IMG/VR virus record: IMGVR_UViG_3300045988_180666
Origin: a virus
Taxonomy: Duplodnaviria > Heunggongvirae > Uroviricota > Caudoviricetes
DNA: 31,872 nucleotides
Direction: 5' to 3' (one strand)
The notes below the pieces were generated by a model. It had not been told where the DNA came from. It searched no databases and saw only the letters and a program-made list of their open reading frames with translations. Positions 1 to 9,762 of the stretch are shown in pieces. The position numbers and the translations under genes were made by a program. The stretch's first letter is position 1. Each line of letters starts with the position of its first letter.

Positions 1-1362
1 CCGAAAGACCGCAAGGACCACCATAGTAAGCGTCAGCACCACGAAGGCAGACACGAAAACCGGATGTAGCACCAGACGTATTCCAGAAATAGCTAGTCCA
101 GTAGGTTGACTCGGATGCGCCCGTAGCGGTCGGGAAGTTCTCTAGATGCTCCATCGAGAGCGTCTTGATATAGCCTTCGCCCTTGGTCGGCGAGGTGCTG
201 TAAGCCACCATGCCATCGGTGGAACCTATCGTCCACGTGCCGTAGATGGACGGTGCCACGAGATGGGTCACGGAAGTGTCCTCGTTGCAACGCACCTGCT
301 CGTCATCCATGTGTCGCCACAATAAGCCGAAGCCATTTTTGTAGCCGAAGAAGGATGGTATCTTGGCGGTATAGACCACGGTGCCATCGTCTTTTTTGAC
401 CTCGTAGCTCGCCTCGCCGCAAGCGTCGCCAAGCTCGATGCCAGCCGACATCGGCACGACAGGGCGATAGCCGTTGTAACCACCCCAATCAGGCATCTGT
501 GTCACGCCAGCGCCGAGACCACCCTGGTAGAGACCGTTGGCATCTTTTTGGCTGTTGACGGCATCCTGGTCGTAGTGGGTGCCGAAGATGACCCCGAAGA
601 GCACGGAGATGGCAGAGGTGTGGCGCATGGTGGTGCAGAGCCAGCCTGTGCCGTTTTTGCGGGCAGCAGCACGCCAGTATTCGGTAGTCTGGTTGGTGGC
701 AGCCTTGCCCAGCATGGTGCGGTTGGTGTTATCTAACGTGGAGTCGTTGTTGCCGCCTCGGTAGTTTGTGCCCTCGTTGATGTAGCTCACCAGCTTGCCT
801 GTGCTGCGCTCTAGCGTGGCGAAGCCAGCGGCGGAGATGCTGCCCACAGGTATCTTGTAATTGTACTCGCCTGGTATCGGCGTAGGGCTGACCATCTCGT
901 AATGGAGTCTGCCCACGGTCTTGATGACCATGTACCACTCCTTGCCCCAGCCCCACTGGTAGTGCCCCTCTGAGCCATCGAGCTTGGCTGTCTCGCCGGT
1001 GGCATACTTGTGGTGGTCTTTGGAGTCGAGCTTGCGACGGGAGTGGTCATTCTTGACCAGATAACAGCCCAGACCCAGCTCCGTTGGTAGGGTCTGCAGT
1101 AACTCTAGCGAGCCCACATAAGTGGCGGCTTTAGGGGTTGCATTGTCGAGGTTCCACACTCGACCACACCAAGGATGCTGTCCCATTTGGACGGCGCTTT
1201 TGAGCGACATCTGCTCAGACCTGCCGGATTTTTTGTCGAAGACCTCGACAATCTTGTCAGTGGCGCTCATGTCTGACTGTGGGAGGTCGTCAACCTGTTG
1301 ACCTCCATCGAAAGCGGCTATGATAGCCTTGAGCTTACTCTCTTCTTCTGATGTTAATGCCA
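1..1362 (-). CDS. Hypothetical phage protein, N-terminal 454 codons (gene continues past window start); possibly virion/tail-associated
   Basis: Hand translation from ATG at 1362-1360 (MALTSEEESKLK...) runs stop-free to position 1. Absent from ORF track, presumably because no stop lies in-window. No recognisable domain. Confidence 0.6.
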
Positions 1363-1385
1363 TAATAAAAATTATATTTAATCGA

Positions 1386-2150
1386 TTAAACAATGCGTAA
1401 TTTATCACCAACTTTTCTAAGCTTGCCCGATGCCGACAGGCGAAGGCGAGGCTGGCGCACGGTGATGCTGACCTCTTGCCAGAGCGGTGTGTTGGCGGTG
1501 GGGATGACCCAGAACTTGGTGGTGCCCTCGCCCTTGATGATGAGGTTGCCGCTTGGGTCTGCCACGAGCGAGTCGCCCTCGGCTCGCTGGAAGAGCACGC
1601 TCTGAGGGAGGTAGCTCGGCAGGATCTGCACGGCGATGCGCAGAGCCACCTTGTTGCGTAGGCTTATCTCGGGGAGATAGGTCAGGTTCATGCGAGCTGG
1701 CGCGATGAAGCCTGTGGTTATCTGAGCGGCGAGACCATCCATCTGCGCTATCTTGGCATCGGCTCGCTTGGATGCCGCGTCAGCCTCTGCAGCCTTGGTC
1801 TCTGCCAAGGCTGCCTGTGATGCTGCAGCCTCGCCCTGCTCGCCAGCCGCCTTGGCTGCGCTCTGGGCGAGGTTAGCCGCCTTGTTGGCATCGTCGGCCG
1901 CACCCTGCGCTCTGACGGTCGGTGTCTTGTCGAGCCACAAGCGCCACTTGGCGTTGGTATCTGAAGGAGTCGTCGTGTTGCCATCCTCTAGGGAGGCGAA
2001 GACTCCTGACGATGTGTGAACGATGTCGCCCTCGTCGTAGCCCTTGACGGTCTGGCCATCCTCATCTTGATAGGAGTAGCCCGACTGCCAGGTGCCCTGG
2101 TCGGTGAAGGCGACATTGCCCACGATAATGATGTTTGTGTTATCTGCCAT
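1386..2150 (-). CDS. Hypothetical phage protein with Ala/Gln-rich coiled-coil-like centre (tail-fibre-like)
   Basis: ORF track, 254 aa. Tightly packed in minus-strand gene string. Central AAKAAGEQGEAAASQAALAETKAAEADAASKRADAKIAQ segment. Confidence 0.6.
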   Translation of the reverse strand: MADNTNIIIVGNVAFTDQGTWQSGYSYQDEDGQTVKGYDEGDIVHTSSGVFASLEDGNTTTPSDTNAKWRLWLDKTPTVRAQGAADDANKAANLAQSAAKAAGEQGEAAASQAALAETKAAEADAASKRADAKIAQMDGLAAQITTGFIAPARMNLTYLPEISLRNKVALRIAVQILPSYLPQSVLFQRAEGDSLVADPSGNLIIKGEGTTKFWVIPTANTPLWQEVSITVRQPRLRLSASGKLRKVGDKLRIV

Positions 2151-2156
2151 AATGAT

Positions 2157-2999
2157 TTATACTTTAATGACTAACTTGTTTCTGCGCTTGACAACGTGTT
2201 CAGCGACATGACTGCCGTAGTCGATCATGAGGAGTTTGTTGCGCCGTTGACGGAACGCCGGATACATGGCACCGCCTCGGGCGATGACTCCTGTATCGAC
2301 ATAGGTGTGCTTGGAGAGATCCCACTGCCACCAGTTGCCGTTGTCGCCCATCTTGGGTGGATGGTCGTTGAGCTCCTGGGCTAGGTTGGTCTGCTTCTCG
2401 CTCTCGGTGAGGGCTGTGAGCGTATCATCGATGCGCTTGTTCTCGGCGGTGACACGACCCGCCTCGGCGGCTATGCGAGCATTTTCGGCTGTCGCTCGCT
2501 TGATCTCTGAATCCATGCGAGCTTGCTCTTGGGACTGTCGGGTCTGCTCGGCAGCTTGTCTCTTGGCCTCGTTGCTCTCAATGGCAGCCTTGGAAGAGAG
2601 CGTGGCTTCGGTCGCCTGTTTGGCAGCCTCGGTCTGCGACTTGCTGGCACTGACCGCATCCTCTACCTTTTTGCGTTCGGCGGTGAGGTCAGTTGTCGCC
2701 TTGTTGACGCTAGCCGCCGCATCGTTGGCTTTGCCAGCTGCGGTGTTGGCCTCCTCTGTCGCCTGTTTCGCCTCCTCGATGCGGATATCCACATCTTTAG
2801 TCAAGAGTGACAGCGGTGCGATGACTTGCTTTTGCACACCGTCTTTGCTGTAGAGGGCGGGCATCGTACTGATGCCATCGAGCGAGGTGGCGAGCTCGCA
2901 AGAGAAGATGTTCTTGCTGTGCCGCTGTAGATATTCGTTGAACTTAGGTAAGAGCCGGGCGCATAGCGCCTCGAACTCTGTGTCATTCTCTATGCCCAT
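2157..2999 (-). CDS. Hypothetical phage protein with long charged coiled-coil-like region
   Basis: ORF track, 280 aa. EEAKQATEEANTAAGKANDAAASVNKATTDLTAERKKVEDAVSASKSQTEAAKQ heptad-like region. 6 nt gap to next gene. Confidence 0.6.
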   Translation of the reverse strand: MGIENDTEFEALCARLLPKFNEYLQRHSKNIFSCELATSLDGISTMPALYSKDGVQKQVIAPLSLLTKDVDIRIEEAKQATEEANTAAGKANDAAASVNKATTDLTAERKKVEDAVSASKSQTEAAKQATEATLSSKAAIESNEAKRQAAEQTRQSQEQARMDSEIKRATAENARIAAEAGRVTAENKRIDDTLTALTESEKQTNLAQELNDHPPKMGDNGNWWQWDLSKHTYVDTGVIARGGAMYPAFRQRRNKLLMIDYGSHVAEHVVKRRNKLVIKV

Positions 3000-3002
3000 A
3001 GG

Positions 3003-3299
3003 CTATGATTTTAAGATGTCCTGTTTCCACTCGGCAATCTTGGCGAAGACAGCCCCTGCCTCTTCATCGCTCAGCACGGCAGTGTTGATGCGACATGAGA
3101 GGTTGGTATCCATAAAGCTGATGTATCCAGCACCGCTCTCGGAGGCTGGTGCATCATCTTTGGACTCTGTACGTTTATAGACCTCACCGGAAAAAGAGAC
3201 CTTGTCATCTCGCTTTGTCTTGGTGAACTTGACGAAAACGCCTGTAACAACCTCAATCTCCTGGATGTCGGTTGTCGTAACTGTTGACTCTACCTTCAT
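3003..3299 (-). CDS. Hypothetical small phage protein
   Basis: ORF track, 98 aa. Start overlaps stop region of upstream gene (3299-3302). Confidence 0.5.
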   Translation of the reverse strand: MKVESTVTTTDIQEIEVVTGVFVKFTKTKRDDKVSFSGEVYKRTESKDDAPASESGAGYISFMDTNLSCRINTAVLSDEEAGAVFAKIAEWKQDILKS

Positions 3300-3301
3300 A
3301 A

Positions 3302-3604
3302 TTAATCTTGCTCTATTAGTTTAACAATCTGACAATATACCCCTGGCACCAAGGAAGCCTTGGCGACCTCTTTGATCATGGTTAAGTCTTCGGTCGTACA
3401 CTCGACCTCACTTGGTTTAGTGTGCATCTGCACACTCAGGTTGTAGGCTCTCTTAAGAGACTCATCATCAGCCTTGACGCTGTTATTGCTTCCGTTGAAC
3501 AGATGAAGTCCGAGCACCTCATTCATCATCTGAGGCTGTCCGTTGCTGTCTGTCATCACCCCGCCCCTGTAGTTACGGATGGCGACCTTAAAATTTCTTT
3601 TCAT
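3302..3604 (-). CDS. Hypothetical small phage protein
   Basis: ORF track, 100 aa. 18 nt downstream of the 1159-aa gene. Confidence 0.5.
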   Translation of the reverse strand: MKRNFKVAIRNYRGGVMTDSNGQPQMMNEVLGLHLFNGSNNSVKADDESLKRAYNLSVQMHTKPSEVECTTEDLTMIKEVAKASLVPGVYCQIVKLIEQD

Positions 3605-3622
3605 ATCTGTCTAAGTTTAAAA

Positions 3623-6600
3623 TTAATATGCGTGGTTCAGCTTGCGCGCTGTGTATTTGGTCGTGTAGTCACTCACCTTGTTGCCCATGGTTGAGTTATA
3701 GACCAGCAGGAACGTCGCACTGTCGCCCTGTCCCATCTCTATGTAATCTTTGTTGCCGCAGTTCTCATCGAGAATCAAAGGTAACTCCTCTTTGTTCCAT
3801 GCGTAGGAATCGCTTTTGTCTTTGATCTTGTTGCGCCCATAAATGAAGAAGTTTGTCGTGCCTGGCTCAGCGACCACCGTAAATGTCACGGCGAAGTTGG
3901 TAGATGAGCCACAGCCTAATGCGCTGCGCACCTCAGACAGTGTTGGCAGCGTTATGCCGCTTGACGAGACGTAGCTGTAGATGAGCCAGACGTTATTCTC
4001 AGAAATCTTGGCATAGCCATTATAGATGGTGTTTTTTGTGCTAAGCGCATATCTGCTATACTTATATCCACCTATCCATCCATTGAGTACGCCATTGCCA
4101 GCACCTGTGAAAGCAAAATTATAGGCACCGTTTTTAGCCGAGAGTATGGCTGCGATATTGTAACCAAGCCCCCACCAGTCGCTGCTGTCCTCATTTTCGA
4201 ATCGAGCCACCGCACGCTGTCCTGATGACGCTGGTAGTACGTTGCCACCGATGCCCGCAAAGCATTTATGGGTATCGTTGCGAAATATGATGTATGCATC
4301 ATTGGTAAATGGGTCGTTTGTCAGACCCGTGCCCTGGATAGTGAATCCAGCGATCTTGCCCGCCAATGCCTCCATGGAGCCATCTTTGTTGATTTTGAAA
4401 TTGCTGTTGGCCGTGACCACACCGTTAAGGTTGATTTGGTCTGCCGTGATGGTGGCAGAGGAGATGCCGTTGGCAATCATTGTCTTGATGGTAGCCTCGG
4501 ATAGAATCTTGCCATCGACACCCTCGATTTTTGTAGTCAGCGCATTGTAGTCTGCCGTCACAAGCAAGCCACCTTTGTTTTTGAGCGTGCCATCGGCATT
4601 GAATCGCTCGCTCATCAGGGCGTTGTAGTCAGCGGTGGTGATAAGATAGCTCGTATCTTTGAGCTTGCCATTGGCATCGAAACGAGCAACTGCCGAAGAC
4701 CACGAATCGGCGTTTTGACTGACTAACGATATAGTCGGACCATAATCGTTGCGTATGTCTGAGCCTACGCTGTCGGCGTGTCTCCTGGCTTCGGCAACGG
4801 AACTGTTGAGGGCATTGTAGTTGTCAGACATAGTCCCTTGCAAAGTGTTTTTGGCTGCATTCAGCTCGTCTTTTGTCGCAGCCTTGCCCACCGTGGTATT
4901 GATGCCATTGACCGTTATCTTTAACTCAGCGAGTGCCGCCTTGGTGCCGTTGGCAGTATTGGTGACGCTCTCGACACGTGCAGTGATGCTGTCGATGTCG
5001 GTGTAGATGCCAGAAATTTTCTCGTTTGTGCTATCCTGCCAGGTGTTGATGAGGTCGATGCGACCTGCCTCTATCTCTATTCTTGACGAGAGTGTTGTGT
5101 TGAGTTCGCCGTATCTCTTATCGACATATAGGCGTATTGCCTCTTTCTCAGCGTCCAGCTCGATGCCGAGCTGAGTTGTGGTACCATTGACCTTGTCGAT
5201 GTTTTGTCCCAGCAGCTTGATGTTTTTGGCCGTCTGAAGTATTTGTGTCGAGACGGTCTTGCTCAGGTTGTCGAGCGGCTCGTCGGTGATGGTGAGCAGC
5301 GCGACGTAGATGTCTCCTGTATATCGGAGCACGAAGTCGCCGGTGCCATTCCACTTGCCATTTAGCTCTACCGTCTGCCACTCTGCCGAGTATGGCACGC
5401 TGACGCTCTGGGCTGACAGGTCGTTGGTCTTGCCTTCGACAGCCTTGCAACCCTCGAAGCCAAAGGTGAGGGTGCCAGCAGTCTTGGCGTAGATGCGAGC
5501 ACTTATATATAAGGTGTCTTGCACCTCGGTGTAGTCATCGCCAGTGGTGTTCATGCCATCCTCGCCTTTTTCTGCCGATGGCTGGGTATATTCCTTGTGG
5601 GTACCGGGTTTGCGGATGAGATCATTGGCTTGTTTGATGCCGCTGTCCTGTATGTGCAGCATGTTGCGACCCTCGTTGTTGTCGATGCTCACTCGGTGGT
5701 TGCCACTCACGGTGGCGGCACCATTGACCATGACAGGTAAGCCATTGGCATCGACCCAGAACTGGGACTCGTCTGTATCGTCGATGGTCCAGCCATCAAT
5801 GAGCTGCTCATCGTTATAGCCTATCGCCGTCAGAAACTGACCGTTATGGAGGTAGTTGTTCTCCTCTGTCGCCTCGTAGGAGGTCTGTGCGAAGCGGGTG
5901 GCGAACTGGTTCTGCAGCATCTGTATTTTGGTGTCGATGCTCTCACCTGTGCGGCGGAGCACGAAGTCGCCCGTGGCGTAGAGGTTCTGCAGGAACTCAC
6001 CGAAGCCTGATAGTGCACCGAAGAGTGGATGGGTGATGCCCCGTAAGTTGCCGAGGCGACCTTTGAGCGCATTGTCTGGGTCTGTCTTGAGACCATAGAT
6101 GATGTCCATGTAGGGCGTATCGCTGCCCACAGTCATCATCTGTATGATGCCCTTGCGGTCGGGGTCGGTGAGGTTGTCGACCCTAACAAAAGTGTCTCGC
6201 TTGGTGATGAGCTGCTCTGCGGTGGCACCCTCCATCGATGAGGTGAAGTTCTTGAACTTGACCCATGCTAGCATATCCTCGCCACTGCCCTCGCTGCCCA
6301 CCTCTGTCACGATAAGCTCGTATCGCTTGGTGACATAGTGATTGTTTTCGGTGGAGGGCATGCCATTGTACTGCTGCACCATCACGTAGTCATCCTTGCG
6401 GAATGGGTTGTACATCCTGCCCTCGTGGGTGTCGAGATAGACCCTGCCTGTCTCTGGATCGTAGTGGTCAACCTCTAGCATCGCCGTGAAGATGCGGTTG
6501 TCATTCTCGCCCAAGAGTTGGGAGATAATCATCTCGAAGATGCGCATGGTACCACGCACGATGAGATTATCGAGCTCTAGACCATACCTATTCTCTTGCA

Positions 6601-7102
6601 CCCCGGCAGCGTTGGTCGTGGGGTTGTTGGCGAGTCGCCAGCCCTTGCCATCGAGGAAGCCCGAGACGAAGTCGGGAGAGCCTATGGTATCGTCAAAACG
6701 AGCAGCGCCCTTGACGTGCAGCGCACTGACTGTCGCCAAGCCCCACGCCAGGATCTCTTCGATGCAAAGCTTGTAACCCCCATTCTCTTTTGTGGCGAGG
6801 CAGAAGCCTTTTTGACCAGCCTCGGAGTAGTCATCAGTGGCGATGGAGTGGGCGATGATGTCGCCCTCTTTGGAGAAAGAAAAGAGGTTGCCTATCTTGA
6901 TGCCCTTGAGAAAGGTGATGAGCCCATGGGCTGTATCGTCGTTGATGGCGGAGAGTTTATCGTTGTCAGCAGAGGAAGCATAGTCGAGCAGGGACAGGAA
7001 GGCGTTGCCAATGCGGCTTGCCGTATTGGCGTGCTTGACTCTCTCGTCACGGATGCCCTCGAAAGCCTCTCTGATTTTGTTGATGTCTTTATTTTCTGCC
7101 AT
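3623..7102 (-). CDS. Large virion protein, 1159 aa; candidate tail fibre/spike or receptor-binding protein
   Basis: ORF track, longest ORF in window. ATG at 7102 lies 14-23 nt downstream of TGCAAAGATA promoter motif (7116-7125). Globular N and C regions flank a central repetitive segment (residues about 640-800). Function inferred from size and architecture only. Confidence 0.7.
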   Translation of the reverse strand: MAENKDINKIREAFEGIRDERVKHANTASRIGNAFLSLLDYASSADNDKLSAINDDTAHGLITFLKGIKIGNLFSFSKEGDIIAHSIATDDYSEAGQKGFCLATKENGGYKLCIEEILAWGLATVSALHVKGAARFDDTIGSPDFVSGFLDGKGWRLANNPTTNAAGVQENRYGLELDNLIVRGTMRIFEMIISQLLGENDNRIFTAMLEVDHYDPETGRVYLDTHEGRMYNPFRKDDYVMVQQYNGMPSTENNHYVTKRYELIVTEVGSEGSGEDMLAWVKFKNFTSSMEGATAEQLITKRDTFVRVDNLTDPDRKGIIQMMTVGSDTPYMDIIYGLKTDPDNALKGRLGNLRGITHPLFGALSGFGEFLQNLYATGDFVLRRTGESIDTKIQMLQNQFATRFAQTSYEATEENNYLHNGQFLTAIGYNDEQLIDGWTIDDTDESQFWVDANGLPVMVNGAATVSGNHRVSIDNNEGRNMLHIQDSGIKQANDLIRKPGTHKEYTQPSAEKGEDGMNTTGDDYTEVQDTLYISARIYAKTAGTLTFGFEGCKAVEGKTNDLSAQSVSVPYSAEWQTVELNGKWNGTGDFVLRYTGDIYVALLTITDEPLDNLSKTVSTQILQTAKNIKLLGQNIDKVNGTTTQLGIELDAEKEAIRLYVDKRYGELNTTLSSRIEIEAGRIDLINTWQDSTNEKISGIYTDIDSITARVESVTNTANGTKAALAELKITVNGINTTVGKAATKDELNAAKNTLQGTMSDNYNALNSSVAEARRHADSVGSDIRNDYGPTISLVSQNADSWSSAVARFDANGKLKDTSYLITTADYNALMSERFNADGTLKNKGGLLVTADYNALTTKIEGVDGKILSEATIKTMIANGISSATITADQINLNGVVTANSNFKINKDGSMEALAGKIAGFTIQGTGLTNDPFTNDAYIIFRNDTHKCFAGIGGNVLPASSGQRAVARFENEDSSDWWGLGYNIAAILSAKNGAYNFAFTGAGNGVLNGWIGGYKYSRYALSTKNTIYNGYAKISENNVWLIYSYVSSSGITLPTLSEVRSALGCGSSTNFAVTFTVVAEPGTTNFFIYGRNKIKDKSDSYAWNKEELPLILDENCGNKDYIEMGQGDSATFLLVYNSTMGNKVSDYTTKYTARKLNHAY

Positions 7103-7115
7103 ATTTTTTATTTTG

Positions 7116-7125
7116 ATGCAAAGAT
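7116..7125 (-). promoter_or_regulatory. Promoter -7 element (TATCTTTG on minus strand) for the 1159-aa gene
   Basis: Plus-strand TGCAAAGATA 14-23 nt from ATG at 7102; reverse complement matches Bacteroidetes -7 consensus TAnnTTTG. Confidence 0.55.
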
Positions 7126-7154
7126 AGGTATGATGAGAACTATATAAAAATACG

Positions 7155-7613
7155 CTAGATCGGTGTGCCGAACATCTGCTTGAAGATGTCTGCCATCAGT
7201 CCCTGGTACTCATCGCCATAGAAGTAGCCCTCCATGTCGTTGAGCTTCATGATGGAGGCGTAGTACTTGCGATTGAACCATGGACGGCGCTGTCGTGGCT
7301 CGCCGAGGTTGTGCTTGGCACGGTACTCAGGGTCGAGGAACTCTAGGTCGCCGGGGTTGCCATGGTAATAGCCATTGCCTGTGCCCGTCTCTTGGTAGAG
7401 ACCGTAGAGCAGGAACTTGTGGGCTATCTGGCGAGAGGAACCGCCAAAGGATGTGGCTTGGACAGAGCTGAAGAGGGCACCGGTATGTCGGATGCGATAG
7501 TGGATGATTTTCTCTTTCCAGATATGCACCATCTCCTCTGCCCATCCTCGCTCGTAGGCGTAGATGTCCTCTTGTGAGACGGGTTGCTTGATGTCATTCG
7601 TTCCATTCCTCAT
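7155..7613 (-). CDS. Hypothetical phage protein
   Basis: ORF track, 152 aa. 20 nt overlap with upstream gene. Confidence 0.55.
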   Translation of the reverse strand: MRNGTNDIKQPVSQEDIYAYERGWAEEMVHIWKEKIIHYRIRHTGALFSSVQATSFGGSSRQIAHKFLLYGLYQETGTGNGYYHGNPGDLEFLDPEYRAKHNLGEPRQRRPWFNRKYYASIMKLNDMEGYFYGDEYQGLMADIFKQMFGTPI

Positions 7614-8124
7614 AATTATACTCCAGGTCTAGTGGCTCGCTCACGTCAAGATGGAACTCGACGCCTGTGAGACCGTTGATGAAATAGGCACCTATCTCTC
7701 GGCTGTCTATCTGGTCGCTGAGGGTGTAGGTGTTATAGTTGTCTTGCCAGTTGTATTTGTCGATGACAATCTTGCTCAGGAACTGTCGGAATATCTTGCG
7801 GCAGGTGTTGAGCTTCTCTTGTCGGTCGTTCATGTCGAACTGTTTGTATCGCATGAGAATCCACACGGTATAGGTCATCACCTTGCGATAGCTGCCATCG
7901 CCGTTGATGGCGACGTTGCCCTCGTTGGTGTCGTCGATGACCACGAAGTTTTTGCTCTTCGCCATATTCTGTAGCATGCCCTCAAACGAGGCAGGGGTGC
8001 TGCAGGTGGTTGGAGTGAAGCCAAGCTCGGAGGTGAGCTTGTTTTGGCGGGTGAGGTCTCTAAAGTAAGAGAAGGCATCGAACCCCACCTGAGTGTCGGG
8101 AGTCTTAACATCTGTACTGATCAT
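7594..8124 (-). CDS. Hypothetical phage protein
   Basis: ORF track, 176 aa. 4 nt overlap with upstream gene (8121-8124). Confidence 0.55.
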   Translation of the reverse strand: MISTDVKTPDTQVGFDAFSYFRDLTRQNKLTSELGFTPTTCSTPASFEGMLQNMAKSKNFVVIDDTNEGNVAINGDGSYRKVMTYTVWILMRYKQFDMNDRQEKLNTCRKIFRQFLSKIVIDKYNWQDNYNTYTLSDQIDSREIGAYFINGLTGVEFHLDVSEPLDLEYNYEEWNE

Positions 8125-8918
8125 GATTTTTGTTTTAATCGTTTGTCTAACTCGTCAGCCTCGCGAGCCTTGGCATCCAGTTCGGTGAGTGCTCGCCATA
8201 CGTCTGAGTCTCTAATCTGCCCTTCTTTGGTGATGTCGCCGCCCGTGAGGGCACGGATCTGGGCGTTCATCGCCTCTATCATATCGTAGTCGCCATCAGC
8301 TGAAGCTGGCTTGAAGAGGTGTGGAAAACTTGTGGAAAAGTTTTGCTTGACCCACATGAACCACAGGAAGGCACCCATCACCTCGACTGGCGTACACTCG
8401 ATATGTTCGGGTGGGTTGCCCTTGGCATCGAGATAGAGGTAGCGCATCATCTCTCTGAGCGGTGCGTCGCTCGACTGGTCTGACTGCAGAAACTGCTGGA
8501 AGTAGTTGTCGGCGATGAGGTAATGTTGAAATGGGTACTCGTGCAGCTCGATGTCGGCGGCTTGGAAAAGCCCGATATGATCGAGGCGGTTGTCTGCGCC
8601 CTTGCCGTCGAATATGTAGTCGAAGGCTTGGCAGAAGTCTTGCACTTGCCATAGCTGAAGGAAGAAGCGCACAGTCTTGCCACTGTCTAGCTGGGTTTGG
8701 CAGAGCCAGCCGTCTTTTTTCTCGTTGAGCACCTCGATGCCAGCGAAGCGAGCGAAGAGGTAGGTGCGCACCTGCCACTCTTGCCACCCTTGGGTGAGGA
8801 GGTAGAGCACGTAGCGCAGCTGGTCTTGGGTGAGCTCGCCCCAGGAGTGAGGCACGTGGAGGTTGAGCGTGCCGTCAGCCAGCAAAGAAGAAGGTTGTGT
8901 CGTCAGCATTGTTTTCAT
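8121..8918 (-). CDS. Hypothetical phage protein
   Basis: ORF track, 265 aa. Trp/Gln-rich, no recognisable motif. Confidence 0.55.
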   Translation of the reverse strand: MKTMLTTQPSSLLADGTLNLHVPHSWGELTQDQLRYVLYLLTQGWQEWQVRTYLFARFAGIEVLNEKKDGWLCQTQLDSGKTVRFFLQLWQVQDFCQAFDYIFDGKGADNRLDHIGLFQAADIELHEYPFQHYLIADNYFQQFLQSDQSSDAPLREMMRYLYLDAKGNPPEHIECTPVEVMGAFLWFMWVKQNFSTSFPHLFKPASADGDYDMIEAMNAQIRALTGGDITKEGQIRDSDVWRALTELDAKAREADELDKRLKQKS

Positions 8919-9762
8919 AAGCTATATTGTGGCTAGCCTTGTAGGCGGTGGAATCTCTATATTTGGCGAAGTCATCGATGTTATCGTCTATGAGGGAGAG
9001 TAGGCTGAAGAAGAGTTTGTCTCTCGCCCTGAGGTCGATGGAATCGCCGTTTTTTGTGATATGGCACCCGATGAAATCGTAGATGCGCATGATGGCGACC
9101 CGATGGGAGGTGGTCGGGAACTGAGCCTTGCGCTCCTCTTCGAGCAACTGGTCTATCTGTGCATCGGAGAGCTCTCGGCGCAGGAAGGTCTCGGCTTGGT
9201 CTATCTCGCCCTTGTGCGCCACGAGGTCATCGAAGGTAAGCTTGCCGGGGATGCCGCAGAACTTGTTGAGGATGTATGGCGACCAAATGAAGGAGCGGAT
9301 GGTGTTGAAGGCTTGCAAGCTGTCAGCCCAGCCCTCGACCTGTCGCAATCGGTTGATGACGTTGTGCTGGGCGTAGTCTCGCCTGTAGGCAAGCTCGTGC
9401 TCCATGGCATCGACACGAGCCTGTGAGGCTGGGGCGATGTTGTCGTTGGAGACCACCCCGAAGCCGTTGTCGGTCATGATGATGTCGTGGGAGTGGAGAC
9501 TATCGAGGAAGGTGGCCAGTATGACATAGTCTCTGGCGTAGCGCTGCAGGGGCGAGTCTTCGGTCGAGACCGCTTGCTCGGCATCTGCGCCCACGACGGT
9601 GGCGATAAGATCGTCAAAATGGTTCTCGAAGGATGGCTGCATCTTGGTGAAGACATCCTCGGAGGCTGCCGCCACGAATGGCAGCAGCTGCTCGAACTGG
9701 TTTATATCAATCTGTATCATCTTGTTGCTTTGATTTTTGGTTGTTGGAAACTTGCTTGGCAT
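8875..9762 (-). CDS. Hypothetical phage protein (start may be the ATG at about 9720, MIQIDINQF...)
   Basis: ORF track, 295 aa. Track start appears to be an upstream alternative start; first in-frame ATG about 42 nt downstream. Confidence 0.55.
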   Translation of the reverse strand: MPSKFPTTKNQSNKMIQIDINQFEQLLPFVAAASEDVFTKMQPSFENHFDDLIATVVGADAEQAVSTEDSPLQRYARDYVILATFLDSLHSHDIIMTDNGFGVVSNDNIAPASQARVDAMEHELAYRRDYAQHNVINRLRQVEGWADSLQAFNTIRSFIWSPYILNKFCGIPGKLTFDDLVAHKGEIDQAETFLRRELSDAQIDQLLEEERKAQFPTTSHRVAIMRIYDFIGCHITKNGDSIDLRARDKLFFSLLSLIDDNIDDFAKYRDSTAYKASHNIAYENNADDTTFFFAG

